A DNA stretch of 61,228 bases, counting the filler, from Platydemus manokwari (taxonomy: Eukaryota), in the NCBI GenBank assembly GCA_037951405.1. It is 5 parts of 5 records of this genome, joined end to end, with 100 filler letters (N's around TTAATTAATTAA, not from the genome) between each part and the next. Parts side by side here need not be neighbours in the genome. Positions count along the whole stretch, not along the records: positions 13,560 to 26,172 come from JBBMOY010048902.1; positions 26,273 to 36,836 come from JBBMOY011123775.1; 3 more parts are not named here. One strand, given 5' to 3'. Position 1 is the stretch's first letter. Each line of letters opens with the position of its first letter. Under the pieces are notes generated by a model that saw nothing but the letters and a program-made list of their open reading frames with translations, searched no databases and was not told the origin of the DNA. Below, one piece after another: positions 13,560-26,989 of the stretch. Both the position numbers and the translations under genes were made by a program.

Positions 13560-14990
13560 GACTCTAAAAGGTGTATGTGAAAATAATAAACGATATGGGG
13601 TTAAATTATAAAATATTATTAGAATGAAAAAAATATGAAATCACCAATTCAAATATTAATGAGAGATAACTTGTGGACAGGTCAATGTATCATGATGATG
13701 TTTTCATTATTCGTCAACAATATACATTTACTCATCATATTATCATCATCATTCACAAGATCTTATCAATTTATTGAATTCAATCTGATAAGTTTGTTTC
13801 ATCAAATATTCACAAAATATCAAATAATAAATTTTTAATTTATTCTCCTGCTTTCAGGATTGATTAAGCATTGATTTCTAACCGAAAAGACAGAAATTAA
13901 GAAATAAAATCGATATAAATCTGTCTTGGTTGCTATTTTAATGAATATTTTATGGGATTTTATAATAATTGGATAAATGAATGACATGAATTGGTAATGA
14001 ATAAATATTTGTCATTACCAATATTTCTTCTCCTTTGCTCGTAATATTGTACAGATCGTTTGTAATTAAAATGTTTCAATGTACCGCTAATTTATAATTC
14101 TATTAATTACAATATATTTCAACGGATAATGATGGATTTTATGAAAAATCAATTAATGACCGACTCTCTCTCTCTGTGTAATTCACCATGGATATTTGAT
14201 CTATAGATGGTCATATTTTCAAATTCGTATGAAATTATCACACTAAATCTACATGTTTTCAATTCAGCACATATGTGTGTGTCTGTTTTTCTTTCTGTCA
14301 ATTCGAGGTAGTCGACATAATGAGTAATTCTGAAATAATTTTGAAAATTGTTTTTAGAATTACCTTTTAACTAGCAATATCAAATGAGGGAATTTAAAAA
14401 AAATATATTTCTAAAACGATTGTAGCTACAGTGCAGACGGAATTTCATATTTAAACTCTAACCAATAAACTCTTATCGTGATTTTTATGATTATTATTTC
14501 TCTAATGATATTTATTTGAAAATTCATTCCTTCACACATTTAATCCATTTAGTTAATTTGTTTAAATTATACATTTGTATAACAAATATTTTTGTTTTGT
14601 TTGTTCGAAGAAGAAAATTATCATATTCACCATTGATTCCCCTAACTCCATGGTTCATGTGTTATGTATTAACGCTAATCTATAATAACATATTTCTAAA
14701 ATTGTCTCAAATTTTCAAAGCTTATATAACACTGAATTGATCTTCTTTTTAGATTTGACTCAACTAAAACGATAAAACAATATTAATTTGATCTTAAAAA
14801 TTGTCTTTGATATTGAATCATTAGGAATCAAAAGCTATTAGAATTGTCAAATTGTGTTGGGCATATTAATTGCTGCTTGATCCATATTATATGTCATGAG
14901 ATATAATTATTTGCCCACCGTTCGATTTATCAAAATATTTCATTCAATGATATATATTACACGCTTCATTGATGTCATTGATTTTTTCAG

Positions 14991-15146
14991 GCTGAATCTC
15001 AAACTAGATGTCAAACTATGTTGACATTACAGCATGTTGTCATTGGCCTCGGATCCGCCGGTATCGGATGTCATAAAGAAATATTAAAAGTGACCAAATC
15101 TTGTTTACAAGATCGATCAATGATTGTCCGTAGCGCGGCTTGTAAA
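14991..15146 (+). CDS. HEATR5: HEAT repeat-containing protein 5 (HEATR5A/B, Laa1 homologue), internal exon
   Basis: ttttcAG acceptor, GTAATG donor. AESQTRCQTMLTLQHVVIGLGSAGIGCHKEILKVTKSCLQDRSMIVRSAACK matches recalled HEATR5B AESQGRSEILMSLQKVL...LTDRSMAVRCAVAK. Confidence 0.85.
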
Positions 15147-16241
15147 GTAATGAAAATTCTTTTGATAATAAATATTTTCATAATTCATTATTATTATCAT
15201 ATGGATTGTATAAAAATAATAATTATTATTATTACGAGAGATGTAGTGATTCTGAACAGGTTGCTATAATCCAAGGAAAATTGGAGTGAAGGCAGGTATG
15301 GTGCATGGAAATGTGTTCCTTCTAGTTTCTCTGTGTCACATGAAACTGTGATAAGCAAGAATAGAATTCAGTATAAGAAAGAGAATTAATCTCCCAAAAA
15401 TTAAAATTAGGTTAAACAAAACATGATTTTTTCCAAGAATCTAACTATCTTATCAACTGTCATAAAAATTAGTATGATAACTTCAACTTTTATGAGGATC
15501 CGTTGACAGAGCCATTGATAATTTCAACATGGTTGAGTCTCAAATCCATCATTTAATAAATCATCCATTAGTGAATTCAATCTCATAGCTATTTAACGAA
15601 AATCATCTGTCAATAAACTATTATCATTATTATTAACGATTTTATCTCAGTATGTGTATCACAATCACTATCAAGTATACCATTCACTCAATCATCTCTA
15701 GTTCGGTAACTATTATAATTATTTATTTTGAAATTTTATTATAAAAATTGTTCTGATTGTCATTATTTAAGGAATTATCAATTTGTTTTTTCGCTTAATA
15801 CATATCGATTGAGATTGATATATTTTTCTCTTGGTGATTACATTATATTGCCATTTAAACTGCTCGTTTTTTACTTGGTTTTCTTTCCTTTTTTAATTGT
15901 CATACTGATAAGTTTTTCAAAATCTTAAATATTTATGATCGTCACCGAATTTCCATCTCTTTATAATGGGAGGGTTCTCGCTTTTAATTCGTTACCATTA
16001 TGTGGTTTCACAGACCGAATCAATAAAAGATTAATCAGAAATAAGTTGACCAAAAAATCATCATGATTTATAATTATCAGTGATTTCTGCATCCTATTTA
16101 CACGGCTTTTGTGATTCATTGGACGAGAGAAAGTTGTATTGATTTTTTACATATAAGAGAAAGCTCAAATATTCCAATTACACATACTCTACAAACATTT
16201 ATTGAGAATGGTTTTATTTCATAGTAATTTATTTGTTTTAG

Positions 16242-16407
16242 TGCTTATTTTCATTGGTGGATAATTCTCCAACTTTTCATACGATAGAAATTGATAATAT
16301 TTTGTCGATGTGTTTCAAAGCTCTTGAAGATTCTAATTATGATGTCCGTTGTGAAATGGCGAAAGTGCTCGGTTTCCTGTTCTCGAAATCATTAGCAATT
16401 ACACCAG
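16242..16407 (+). CDS. HEATR5: HEATR5, next internal exon
   Basis: ttttAG acceptor, GTTTGT donor, phase-compatible with the previous exon. CLFSLVDNSPTFHTIEIDNILSMCFKALEDSNYDVRCEMAKVLG matches recalled CLLELQ...[22 protein letters not shown]. Confidence 0.85.
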
Positions 16408-16857
16408 GTTTGTATTGATAAAACATCAATCGTAAATTACATTTGTGCTGAAATATTTCAAATCAATGATTCCAATATTCTATTATTATGTCATCGGACA
16501 TGCACTTAAATGTCTAAAAATTTTCTTGAAATGATTATATTTAAATTGAGATGAAATATTATTAAAACTAACACCTACGAGAAATTATCTGATTTGATGT
16601 GATTATTATTATTATTATTTTGTGTGGAAAAAACCGCGGATAATGATGATTAAATACATCTAAATTTATCTCTGCAATTTCGTCAACTTTTTCATCTGGG
16701 GACTTGGAGATAAATTGTTTGTTTGTAGGAAATAAATCGTTGGGCTTGTCATAATTGCGATAAATAAAATTGTTGAAATATATTTTGCATTGCTGAACGT
16801 TGATATGGCTTTAAATCAGAAATGGTTTTTGGAACAATTATGAACTATTATTGTGTA

Positions 16858-17509
16858 TATAGGATTGGAACAAAAGTCTTGTCCAATAGAAAATAATATT
16901 TATTTAATCAATAAAGAAAATGTGTAAATTGAGAAATTTAAACAAAACATCATTCGTCTGTAAATCTGAAATGTTGAAAATAGTCACGTTTAAGGTCTAC
17001 ATACTTTTGCCAGTGTTCTTGAAGTTGTTATATGCCTTTTTCATAGAATCCTGCAGGCTTTGAAGTGAAACACTTTTCCAAATCATCGTTAACCTCTTCG
17101 GTGGAGTGATACGTTTTCGATCTTTAGCCAATGGCTGCCCACTTCTGTCTTTATCATCAACGACGAAATTACCAAGAATGAGTTTTGCAATTATTCGCCG
17201 GCAGTTTCTCGCAGACAGTACCGATGCCAAGCACGGAGTTGATCTTCTTCTCAATTGTTGGCGCATTCATTCCAGCTTTCCATTAAAAACTACGTCAGCT
17301 TTTTCAATTATTTAATTATAAGATATAAATGAAACATTTAAAACTGGATTTAATAAAGCATTTAAGCTAAGCATTTCTTCATAAAACATTGAAATTGTTT
17401 AGATTTACAGGCGATTGGTGTTTTGTTTATATTTCTCAATTTACATATTGCCTTTATTGGTTAAATAAATATTATTTTCTATTGGATAAGACCTTCTTCT
17501 AATCCTATA
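16858..17509 (-). mobile_element. Internally deleted mariner-like element with long (~110 bp) TIRs
   Basis: TATAGGATTGGAACAAAAGTCTTGTCCAATAGAAAATAATATTTATTTAA... is mirrored at ~17400-17509 and TA-flanked. Minus-strand remnants INSVLGIGTV and GNFVVDDKDRSGQP match the mariner N-terminal HTH region. Confidence 0.85.
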
Positions 17510-18643
17510 TATCAATTCATCGATTTGTTTACGAGTTCATGAATTTCGAAATATAATCTCCCTCTTTAGCCTCTTGTTGCCTCTTTTTGTATTTCAGTGA
17601 CATGCCTGAGGACACTTACATGTTAGTGATATATTTTTCGAGAAAGGTTGATTATAAATATTTTCGTCAAGAAATGTCCACACAGAATGTCAGGCCTTTT
17701 CATTTTTTCTTAAATAGATTGTGTGAGATAATTATCATATGTAATAATAAAAATATGTGTGTGCCTCATTTACCAATCATTTGTTTTGGCATCATAATTG
17801 TAAATTTACTGATACTGATATCAAAGCTTTTTACAATTAAAATCGATGTTATAAGAAATGATCGGTCATGAAATCTGGAAATTATTATCACTAAAACTTT
17901 TGGTTTAAATTTTTTGTGCAATTTATTGGCTCAAATAATTGTTTCCAATGTGAAAATATTCTCTTTTTTATATCGAGGAAATTGAAATATAATTTCGGTA
18001 AAATTGTTTTCATTGGCTGATCGGACGAATGGAAGAATCATAATTACTTTTCTCATAACACCAGATTTTTGGTCGATGAATGAAAAAATAATTGTGAAAT
18101 GGTAAAAATATTGATTTGATTATAGAAACTCTAACGAATATTAGGGATATTAACAATTTTATTTGAGAATTGTATCCAGTTCTTAATATGAAAACAATTT
18201 ACAATTTATTGGAGCTGTATTATTGTTTGGAAAGCTTTTATTGATTACTTCTCCACATGGGAACTTTTAAATTGAATACATCGAAAAGAAGTACCGAATT
18301 TAATTTTGAAAATAATCGTCAATATCCTCCGATTTAAATAGTTATTTTATCTATATTTTCAAGTGAAATATTAGTTTCCTTGTCACCATTTGATGTATAA
18401 AATAAGAATTGGTTTGATGTATTGAAATTTGTTAACGTTACTTTACAATGATTCTGGACAAATTGGTCCGTGATCTAATTTAGTTGAAAATTTATCAAAG
18501 TTAGCTTTGAGGCCATTTTATTAAGCAAAGATTTGTGTGTTTAAAGAAATATGGAAACAATATTAATTGTTGTAAAACTTGAACAAAGATTATTGATGAT
18601 AATCCAACTGAAAATTTTGAAAATCATCTTAAATTAAATTATA

Positions 18644-19192
18644 CCGTGCGATTCACAAGTCTCCGTCTCTAAAACTAAAATAAAACAACAGTAAGAACAA
18701 CTAAATGTATTGAGTTGCTATAATGCACACCAAAACACAATAACAGTAAGAACAAGTAACAGTAAATAATAAACAATTTCATAGCAACGTTTCAAAATGT
18801 TCACCATCTTGATCCAAACAGAGATTGCTTCGATTTCATCCGACGATCTTCCTAATCGCAACCTAATGGATAAGTTTCCAGTTTCTTCAAATTTCTGTTT
18901 CCAGTATTGTTGTGTCCTAGCTAGTGGTGCGCGATTGAAATGTTATTGGAATTTTTGGCACTTCTCTGGTACACTATTGCATGGCTAACTATAAACACTA
19001 TCCACAAGCGAAAATTTAACATCACCAGCTGCTTCCGCCATATTGTAATAATGCAACTGATTAATAAGAAATAAAGTACATTAATCAGTGAGTAATAATT
19101 AATATAAATGAATATAAATATGTGAGTATAAATGATATTGTGTTTTATTGTTTTGTTTTAATTTTAGAGACGGAGATTTAGTAATCGTACGG
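18644..19192 (-). mobile_element. Internally deleted Tc1/mariner-superfamily element (DD41D/rosa-like N-terminus)
   Basis: ~45-bp TIRs CCGTGCGATTCACAAGTCTCCGTCTCTAAAACTAAAA / TTTTAATTTTAGAGACGGAGATTTAGTAATCGTACGG; TA on the left. Minus remnant HFNRAPLAR...YWKQKFEETGNL...LGRS. Confidence 0.75.
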
Positions 19193-19432
19193 TTTGAAAG
19201 CTAGTAGATGCTAGTCCAAATATATATTAACTAACTTTGAAAATAATTTAAGTAAGAATAACCTTGATATTTTATAACCAAGTCTGGTTATAACCATAAG
19301 CACTTGATATTATAATGGGTTTTTTAGTTAATTTCCGCAATTCAAAAAAAAATAGTTCATGTTGTTTTTGATAAAAGTAGAAGTATGGGACTATTTAATT
19401 TGGTGAGCATTGTACTCTATAGTATTACAATT

Positions 19433-20073
19433 GTATAGATGTAATTGGCACGCAATCACTGAGGTATAGTACTATTATTTATGTTCAAAAGCAAACTTTT
19501 GACAATTAATGTCCAAAGGTTTCCCTATATTTAAAGAAGCATACCTGTTTTAATGCATATTAGTGAGAATCAAAATAGAATTGAAATCAGTCATAAAGAT
19601 ATTGTTGAGTGAGACGATATTTTGCAAAAGAAAAAAGGATTTACAACTTGGCACCCTTGTTTTGGCACTAAAAGAATTTGCACGCCTACACAACCATACA
19701 AGAATAGCAATCAACCAATCACAGATGCCTTAGATGGAAAACGATAATTTGAAAATTGGACATAGTCACACGGCAATACACACATAGGGATCGACCAATA
19801 CTGTCTATACAAAAACCAACAAGTCCAATAAAAACATGAGAAATTAAAGATCGAATCAAGATGTGACATAAACGTGATACAAAAATTGCACACATATTTC
19901 TGGTATAAATACCGAGGCAAAGATGTCCAGCTGCTAGTAGGAAGCCAAGTTTTAGTTGCATTTATAAAATATTGTATTGAGTTTTAGAGTCGTAGTGATT
20001 AGTACGAGTAATAGAAATAAATCTTGCAACCTTCGATTTTCGATGTCAGTAATTATTTTTTAGAGTTCCAACA
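19433..20073 (+). mobile_element. LTR-like repeat, family A copy 1 (left boundary approximate)
   Basis: Collinear similarity to ~42373-42790 (CAACCAATCACA, AAAGATCGAATCAAGATGTGA, GATTAGTACG); TATA-like and AATAAA signals; ends ...TTCCAACA. Confidence 0.5.
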
Positions 20074-21676
20074 ATATTTAGAGTTCCAATTAGTTGTAAT
20101 ACTAAAAACTATATTCACATCATCTTAGATTTTGTCACCAGTAATGATAAATAATTTTTGAACTGTAAAGATCAACGATATTGTTAATCATTTGAGATCT
20201 TTTACTGTTAAACTAATTTAAGCACATACAATGGAAGTGATATTAAAAATTTCAAAATAAAAATGAGATTTTTCATGGAACCCAAATGACGAGGTATTGA
20301 ATATAAATGAATTTCTGATAAAAGTGATAATATGTCAGTGCAATTTCATAAAAATTTAGATATTGTCATTAAAAAGTTATACTTTTGTTGCCCAGACATA
20401 TTTCATTGATTTTTGCTTGATGTATCTCTTTCGAAATATTATTTTAAATTTAAATCGGTGTTTGCTTATCAATTTAACAAAAAGCAGTTTTAAAATTTAA
20501 CTTTATCTTTTATTTTCATACAAAATATCTGTGAAAATATCTATTACTCCAAATATGTATTGTTGTTAGTTGACAAAGGATGTACATTGGTGGACATCAA
20601 ATTTTAATTAGCTCTCCGAAATCATGTCTGACTCTTACGTCGTATCAGTGATCAGGGTTCTCCTTCATTATAATTATTCTGGCAAATATATTTAAAATAT
20701 TATTTTTGTATTAGTGTCTAGATATGTGTCAGCGATACTAAACTATTTAATTTCTCGTGATCCAGTGGTAACAAGAATACAATGAATTATCATCAAAGTA
20801 TCATCAAAACGTGCAACAATAAAATTAATATATTAAAATTTTCCGTGGAGACCTGTAAGCCAAGCAACCATAGTGAACTGACAAATGCTCAACATAATTT
20901 GACTAATTTTTAGCAAAAAGCTATTCTACTAAAATCTTCAATTCTGAAGAATAAAAAGCTCAATTTTATTAAAATCAGATATTTTGGCACACTTGACAAA
21001 ATAATCTGCTTTACAAATTTATTCATAACGGCTTATTTCATCGGTTAATTCAATTTGGTTCTTTATTTTACACTGTCAGTGGTGCAAACGATTAAAGATT
21101 TCATTGCTTCAGAACATTCATGATATATTAAACTGCAGGTGATTGTACAAAGCTCCTTATGTCTGATGATTGGATTAGAAAAAATCAATTTAAATTGTTT
21201 TGGTTAGCACATTATGAAGGTGATGAATTTTAATTAATAATCTCGATGGTGTAAAATAATTATGATTGGTCAGCAGTCATATTTGTAAATGTCTCAAAAT
21301 CATTTTATTCCTTATTTAATTTATCTCTATTTTTAAGGATTTATATTATATTTTTATCTAAGAAAATTTTTAAAAATTTTACATAGGATTTTGTGGTGAA
21401 ATTATATTCTTTAAATTCACGTTTTGAAAACTTGTGTCCAATTCCCATGCCATTAAAACATATTCTATACCGTTACAACTATAAATTGATAACAATGAAA
21501 AATATAATTTACAATAATCAATATTGATGATTATCATACAGTCGATTATAATCGATTTATAGTTGGTAGTAATAATTTTAATAATTAATTTATTGATTTG
21601 ATTTGATTTTGAAATTTGAATATTGACATAATTAATGAAAATAAACAAAATAAATAAATGAATGTAAATATATTGC

Positions 21677-21715
21677 ATCAGAAGAATCCAGATTCGAGTC
21701 CTGACGTAGTCGCCA
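21677..21715 (+). pseudogene. 3' half of a tRNA-Arg-like sequence ending in CCA
   Basis: ATCAGAAGAATCCAGATTCGAGTCCTGACGTAGTCGCCA resembles recalled metazoan tRNA-Arg(UCG/ACG) 3' halves (ATCAGAAGATT...GTTCGAGTCC...CGTGGTCG). No 5' half adjacent. Confidence 0.6.
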
Positions 21716-22605
21716 GTAAAAACATCTGTTGTTTCCTTTAATATTTATTTATTTAAAAATCACACCTGTTTCTTTCAATATTAAAACAAAACTGATTTTT
21801 ATCTACCTAATGTCTTAATATATGAAGCGAAATAAAGTTGCGGCGTTTAGATTCAATTTTGTTATGAAATGTGTGTGTTTAAATGAACATGTATTTTGTG
21901 TGTCACAACCTTTGAAAGTGAATTGGTCATCACATAAAATTGATCAATACAATAATAAGAAACCAACACCACCAACTCCTATTGCTAATTATATCTTATA
22001 ACTGAGCCTTCGATTTAATTTTCCTTTACGCCCTAAAGTCTACTGAAATATCCCTTAACTTGCAGGACAACTACGATTTGCTATACACACAAATGAGTAT
22101 TAAATATCAAGTTCTACACTTATTTACTTAAATATTTCTAAATTATTATTTTATTTACTTTTTATTCAATTTGTGTTACATTAATTACTTAAGCGAGTTA
22201 ATCTCAATTTTATATAAATTATCTATTTCTCGAAGTGTTTTAAATATGTAATTTAAAACTTTATCGATTATTTCAATGCATTCTTTATTGATTATCTATA
22301 AAAACCGAGTTTAACTTTATTCGTTAATTAACTTATCGTCTCATCGTAACAGTGGAATTCTAACTTAATCAATATATTCCATTTAATTTATTAATGTATA
22401 AAAAAATATACGGAAAGATATATTGTATTGCTGGAATATCGAAACCTGGATGATTATTACAAACTTTATTGAGTCCAAATAACACAAATCGTAACCAAAA
22501 TAAAAAATACTCTAAATCTTATTCCTAGATTTAACCGACAATCATTTCCACAATTCAAATATCAGTAAATAATTCCGAATAGACCATATATACAACGTAA
22601 TTTAT

Positions 22606-23202
22606 TGTCGGAAGTTTGTGTGTGTTACTCATACCTGACTTTTATTTCCGATTTCGACTATGTTTCTTGATTTATATTAAGTTTGATTGGTCAATCTCGA
22701 GTATGTATCTTTATTTGGTCATGTACTTTGTTATATTAAAATAATCCTTAACTATTTATATTATATATAATATACATATATAAAAGATAGATACACATAC
22801 AGCCAAAATAAGGCTCGGCTCTAGAACACATGAAAGATCAAACTTGTTTTCTAGTCATACAAATGTTTCTTGATAGGCAGTCATTTTCTCAATTGGTGGA
22901 CTGATCAGTACTATACGTCCGCAGGCACTCAGGTCAGATTGTTGAGAATCCGATTGGCTGAGAAACAAGTCCATTTAATATCATTTGTCTTTCGGGTCCT
23001 GGAGAATACTTTTCACACTTCCTAGCACAGGTCACTCCAGAATCGACGATGATTATGGTCTATAATCGCCAACAACAGGGAGATGTGCTGGCTTTATTAT
23101 TCGGATTGGTCGATGTATGAATCTATGAATGTAAAATATCACAACAGATGTTTCAATGAGTCGATGGTCGTTATATTGTGTGAGATTAGTCTACACTCAA
23201 CA
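22606..23202. mobile_element. Solo LTR-like element (~600 bp)
   Basis: TGTCGG...CTCAACA termini; imperfect 4-bp TSD ttat / gtat; TATA-like tract. The right end (TGTTGAGTGTA on minus) matches the start of the element at 59140. Confidence 0.5.
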
Positions 23203-23429
23203 GTATTGTTACAGTAAAAAATAATTAAATCATTTTTGAAATCACATCTCGTTACTTTTTGCTATATTTTCGATTAATTGGAAATTATTATCAATAAGAA
23301 AACCACAAACGATTGAAGTAATCAATTCTAAATTTGGATAAAATTTTTTCCAGTCTATTCAGTCAAGATTTCATATGAGTAGAATCATCAATGCCAGTAT
23401 CACTTACAACAGAGTCTTTGTAGAGAATA

Positions 23430-24150
23430 CCAATTCACGGAATACAAATTAAGTGTGGATCTTCAACTAATAAATGATTGAAAATCAATGATAGTCCTAG
23501 TCGATATAAAATGTCCCATAAATAAACCTGCTTTAATGAGAGAAACAACTCAAAAAAAATACCCAGACCTCCAAATTGCATACCAAAAAGGGGCCCGACT
23601 GGAGTATGGAGCTGTTTACTTTTTTGCAGAGGTTCTAGAAACTTGGAAAACATAGACCAACGATGCAGTCCTAAAGAAACTAGTGATGAATCAGAAAATG
23701 ATAAATAAAATAGCTCTCGCTTGCATAAAGCCGAATATAAATGTGAGGGATCTGTAATGGAGGTTCCACGAGGAAAAGTGGACAGCAACAATGGCAGCTT
23801 TAAAAGTATGAAAGAAGATATCACAGACAATATCCACTGTTAAATGGAGACAGAATTGATTGTATGATTGAACTAGCGAATAGAGATTCAGGGAACGATC
23901 GGAGGAAAGAACCATGAGCATCCCATATTTTAATGTATGGATATCTCGATTATCAATGTTTATGAATAAATATTTGTGGTAGCTGGATTTTATCAATAAG
24001 AAAGCCGCAAACATTTAAAATAATGAATTGCAAATTTGGTTACAATTTCTCACAGTCTACTCAGTCAACATTTCATTTGAGTTGGACCGTCAATGCTAGT
24101 ATCAATTAAATGTCTACACGTCATTTTGAACTTTTAAAACACGGGTATAC
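23430..24150 (+). mobile_element. Degraded non-LTR retrotransposon ORF2 C-terminal fragment (L1/Tx1-like), copy 1
   Basis: Nucleotide similarity of ~23790-23980 to the minus strand of ~49820-50010 (GCAGCTTTAAAA...CAGACAATA...GATTGTATGATT...GGAACGATCG...TATCTCGATTATCAAT); remnant ExxxHxxxxC zinc-knuckle-like motif. Boundaries approximate. Confidence 0.5.
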
Positions 24151-26097
24151 TAAAGTAGCCTGATTAAACTTGCAACCTTAAAATTGTAATTAATTAAACA
24201 CATCTTTAACTATTGAACAACGATCGGCACGAATAATTGAAAATGCTAATTGATCAAGGAAATAATCTACCCTTCCAGGTACGCTAGGATGAAAATGAAA
24301 AATTTTGATTTATAAATATATTATGTACCAATTCATTATAATTTTTCCTCTCTTAATACCATTATATGTTAAATAAATTCTGTCATGAAGTTAGATTTCT
24401 GTTATTATAAAAATTATCTTATTGTTTCCTTCTTTTTTCTAATTCTACCAATTCTACCAATATTCAACTTACGATATACAATATAATAAATTATTAATAA
24501 TTTATCAAAACTATCATCTCCAACTATTAATCGATAGCTACAATTTATAAATAGATTATTATCAATAATGGATTGATAATTATCTACTTAAAATTATATT
24601 GAAATAGTATATTATATTTTTAAAAAATGAAAATTTAAAATACATAACTGTAATTAAGGTTGGGCATTAAAACGAAATTTTTCAGTCAACTGATTTCTAC
24701 TCTGTCAGGAAATTAAATTGGAAAAATATAAATTACACGACTCAAGATTTATGCTACCGTGATTTGTGCAACACAAAGGATTCCTGGATCTCCTATGATT
24801 GTCTTAAATTCAAATTGTTATTAAATAAGTGCTTTCCTCTCTCTATCTTGATGTATTGGTATTCCTTTACCAGAACATATTTTAGAATCGAGTCCATTTT
24901 AGGTCTATCAGCTTCCTGAGCTACATGATACAGTTTACAAAAGAAAATTCTTGTTCAATGTTCTTGTGGTCCATCTATTACTACCAATTGAAAAAGTATT
25001 TTAGATATCGAAATCGTTGAATATTTTTTCAATGTTGTCGGATCAAAATATTCTGATTATTCACGTACCCATTCAACGAGATTCGATTTATCCCAATTCG
25101 TCCAATAGAATATTTTCAACCAATACATTAATTAAAGTATTGCCCGTCACTATGCGTAAAATATGATTTTCATTAATCTTGAAAATATTCAATAACATGA
25201 TTAGATATTATCAAGTGCAAGTGGGTGTACCACCAGTGTTCTTGTAATAATTACATTATTCTTATCATGATATCTAATATTAATGACAAGATAATTGACT
25301 GTATAAACTGCCTTAGAAATTCATTTTAATAAACCATAAATTAGACGTAAGACTTCTTGAAAGTTCTTGTTTCGACCGAGCCTCTTCAACAATGAACATC
25401 GTAATAAATTCTTTCTGAATGATACGATTTATATATCGAATGTCATGCGCAAAAATATTTCAATAAGGTCAGCTTCAAATATATCTCTCATTATAGCCAT
25501 TGTAATTTGGTTTGATGTAAAAATATAGATGATCGACCTTATTCTGCTATTCATCTAATACGAAATTGTTACATTTTTTGGATTCAGTATCTTTATTATT
25601 TACTTTGTCTTGTTTTGGTGTGTATTTAACTTGTAGGCACCTGACATCTCATCATTTATTTCAATGTAATTAAAATTGCAAAATTTTGTTACATATACTG
25701 CTTTAATAAAATCGAAATCATCAATGAAGCACACTTATAATAATATTTATCAAAACTATTTCTCAACAATGATCAAAACTTGCAGACTTTGGAAATTTTA
25801 TCGGCATTCCATTTTAAAAATATATCTTAATACACACACATATATATAATCAAAATACGTTCATTAAGTCTAATTTAAACAGTAATAGTATATTCAATAA
25901 CTTCACCTTTACGAAAAACACCTTTGAATTTTGATTCAAATTTTATTAGAAAAAAAGGAAAAATTTAAAAATTGGGAAAACTTGAATCTATTAAATTTTA
26001 CAGATAATTGGGTTTTTCTTAGTGAATTAATTGTGGAGTGCTTATATATTTCAGTACTTGGTTGCATTCGACTTATACGTGTGTTCAAAGGAGTCGA

Positions 26098-26108
26098 TAA
26101 TAATAATA

Positions 26109-26172
<64 letters not shown>
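26098..26172 (+). repeat. (AAT)n microsatellite at contig end
   Basis: Directly visible; runs into the linker. Confidence 0.97.
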
Positions 26173-26272
26173 NNNNNNNNNNNNNNNNNNNNNNNNNNNN
26201 NNNNNNNNNNNNNNNNTTAATTAATTAANNNNNNNNNNNNNNNNNNNNNNNNNNNNNNNNNNNNNNNNNNNN
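26173..26272. other. Artificial contig-joining linker
   Basis: 44 N + TTAATTAATTAA + 44 N. Confidence 0.97.
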
Positions 26273-26989
26273 TGTTTAAATGATTTGGTAAAACAAAAAC
26301 TTTAAACAACTAAAAAACATGAATAACTTTTGACTCAGCCTAATATTATATTAAAATGTAAGGTTTATTCTAAGTTTATGTAACTTATATGTAATTTATC
26401 TTAAAGAAGATCAAGAGAGGAAGTTAGAGATTTTCTACTAGTCAATTAATAAGAAATTCAAGAATTCCGATTTATATGATTTTGATATTTGATTTATTGT
26501 TAATGTAATTTTCTTGTTGTCATGGTTTTTGTTATCTTCGATCTTAACTGTAGTCTATATTTTATATTTTGATAAAATTTTCAAGTTATCATCAACTATT
26601 TTTGAGATATTTTTATATCTTATTTTCAACTCATTTAATTTCCAAAAGAATCTAAAATTTAAGAAATCTTCTAATCCTTTTGAAACAAGTCTTAAAGGCA
26701 GTTTAAATAAAATATCAATTTTTCCAATTATTCAATAACTATCAAAATTTTTGAACACTTCTAAAATATACATAAAGGTTTCTGATTTATTCTTATAACT
26801 ATTGTTTTCATTCTGTCGAACTTTTAACAGCATTTTTGTTGCATTGGTTATAAATCCATTAAAAATACATTTTTTAGACAATTGAAAGAAAATTCGTAAT
26901 ATTTAATTTAGTATAATATTTACTAGTTTAGTTGTTCCCATGTTTTGTGACAAAAAAAACTAAAATTGATTACACATAATCATATCATT

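Noticed and set aside
23580-23680. KIPRPPNC as an HMG-box start, or RLEYGAV as a CR1 RT motif
   Set aside because: No continuation of either domain; the region is better explained as a copy of the repeat shared with 49550-50650.
25931-26228. Poly-Asn and poly-Ile ORFs
   Set aside because: Translations of the (AAT)n microsatellite and N linker.
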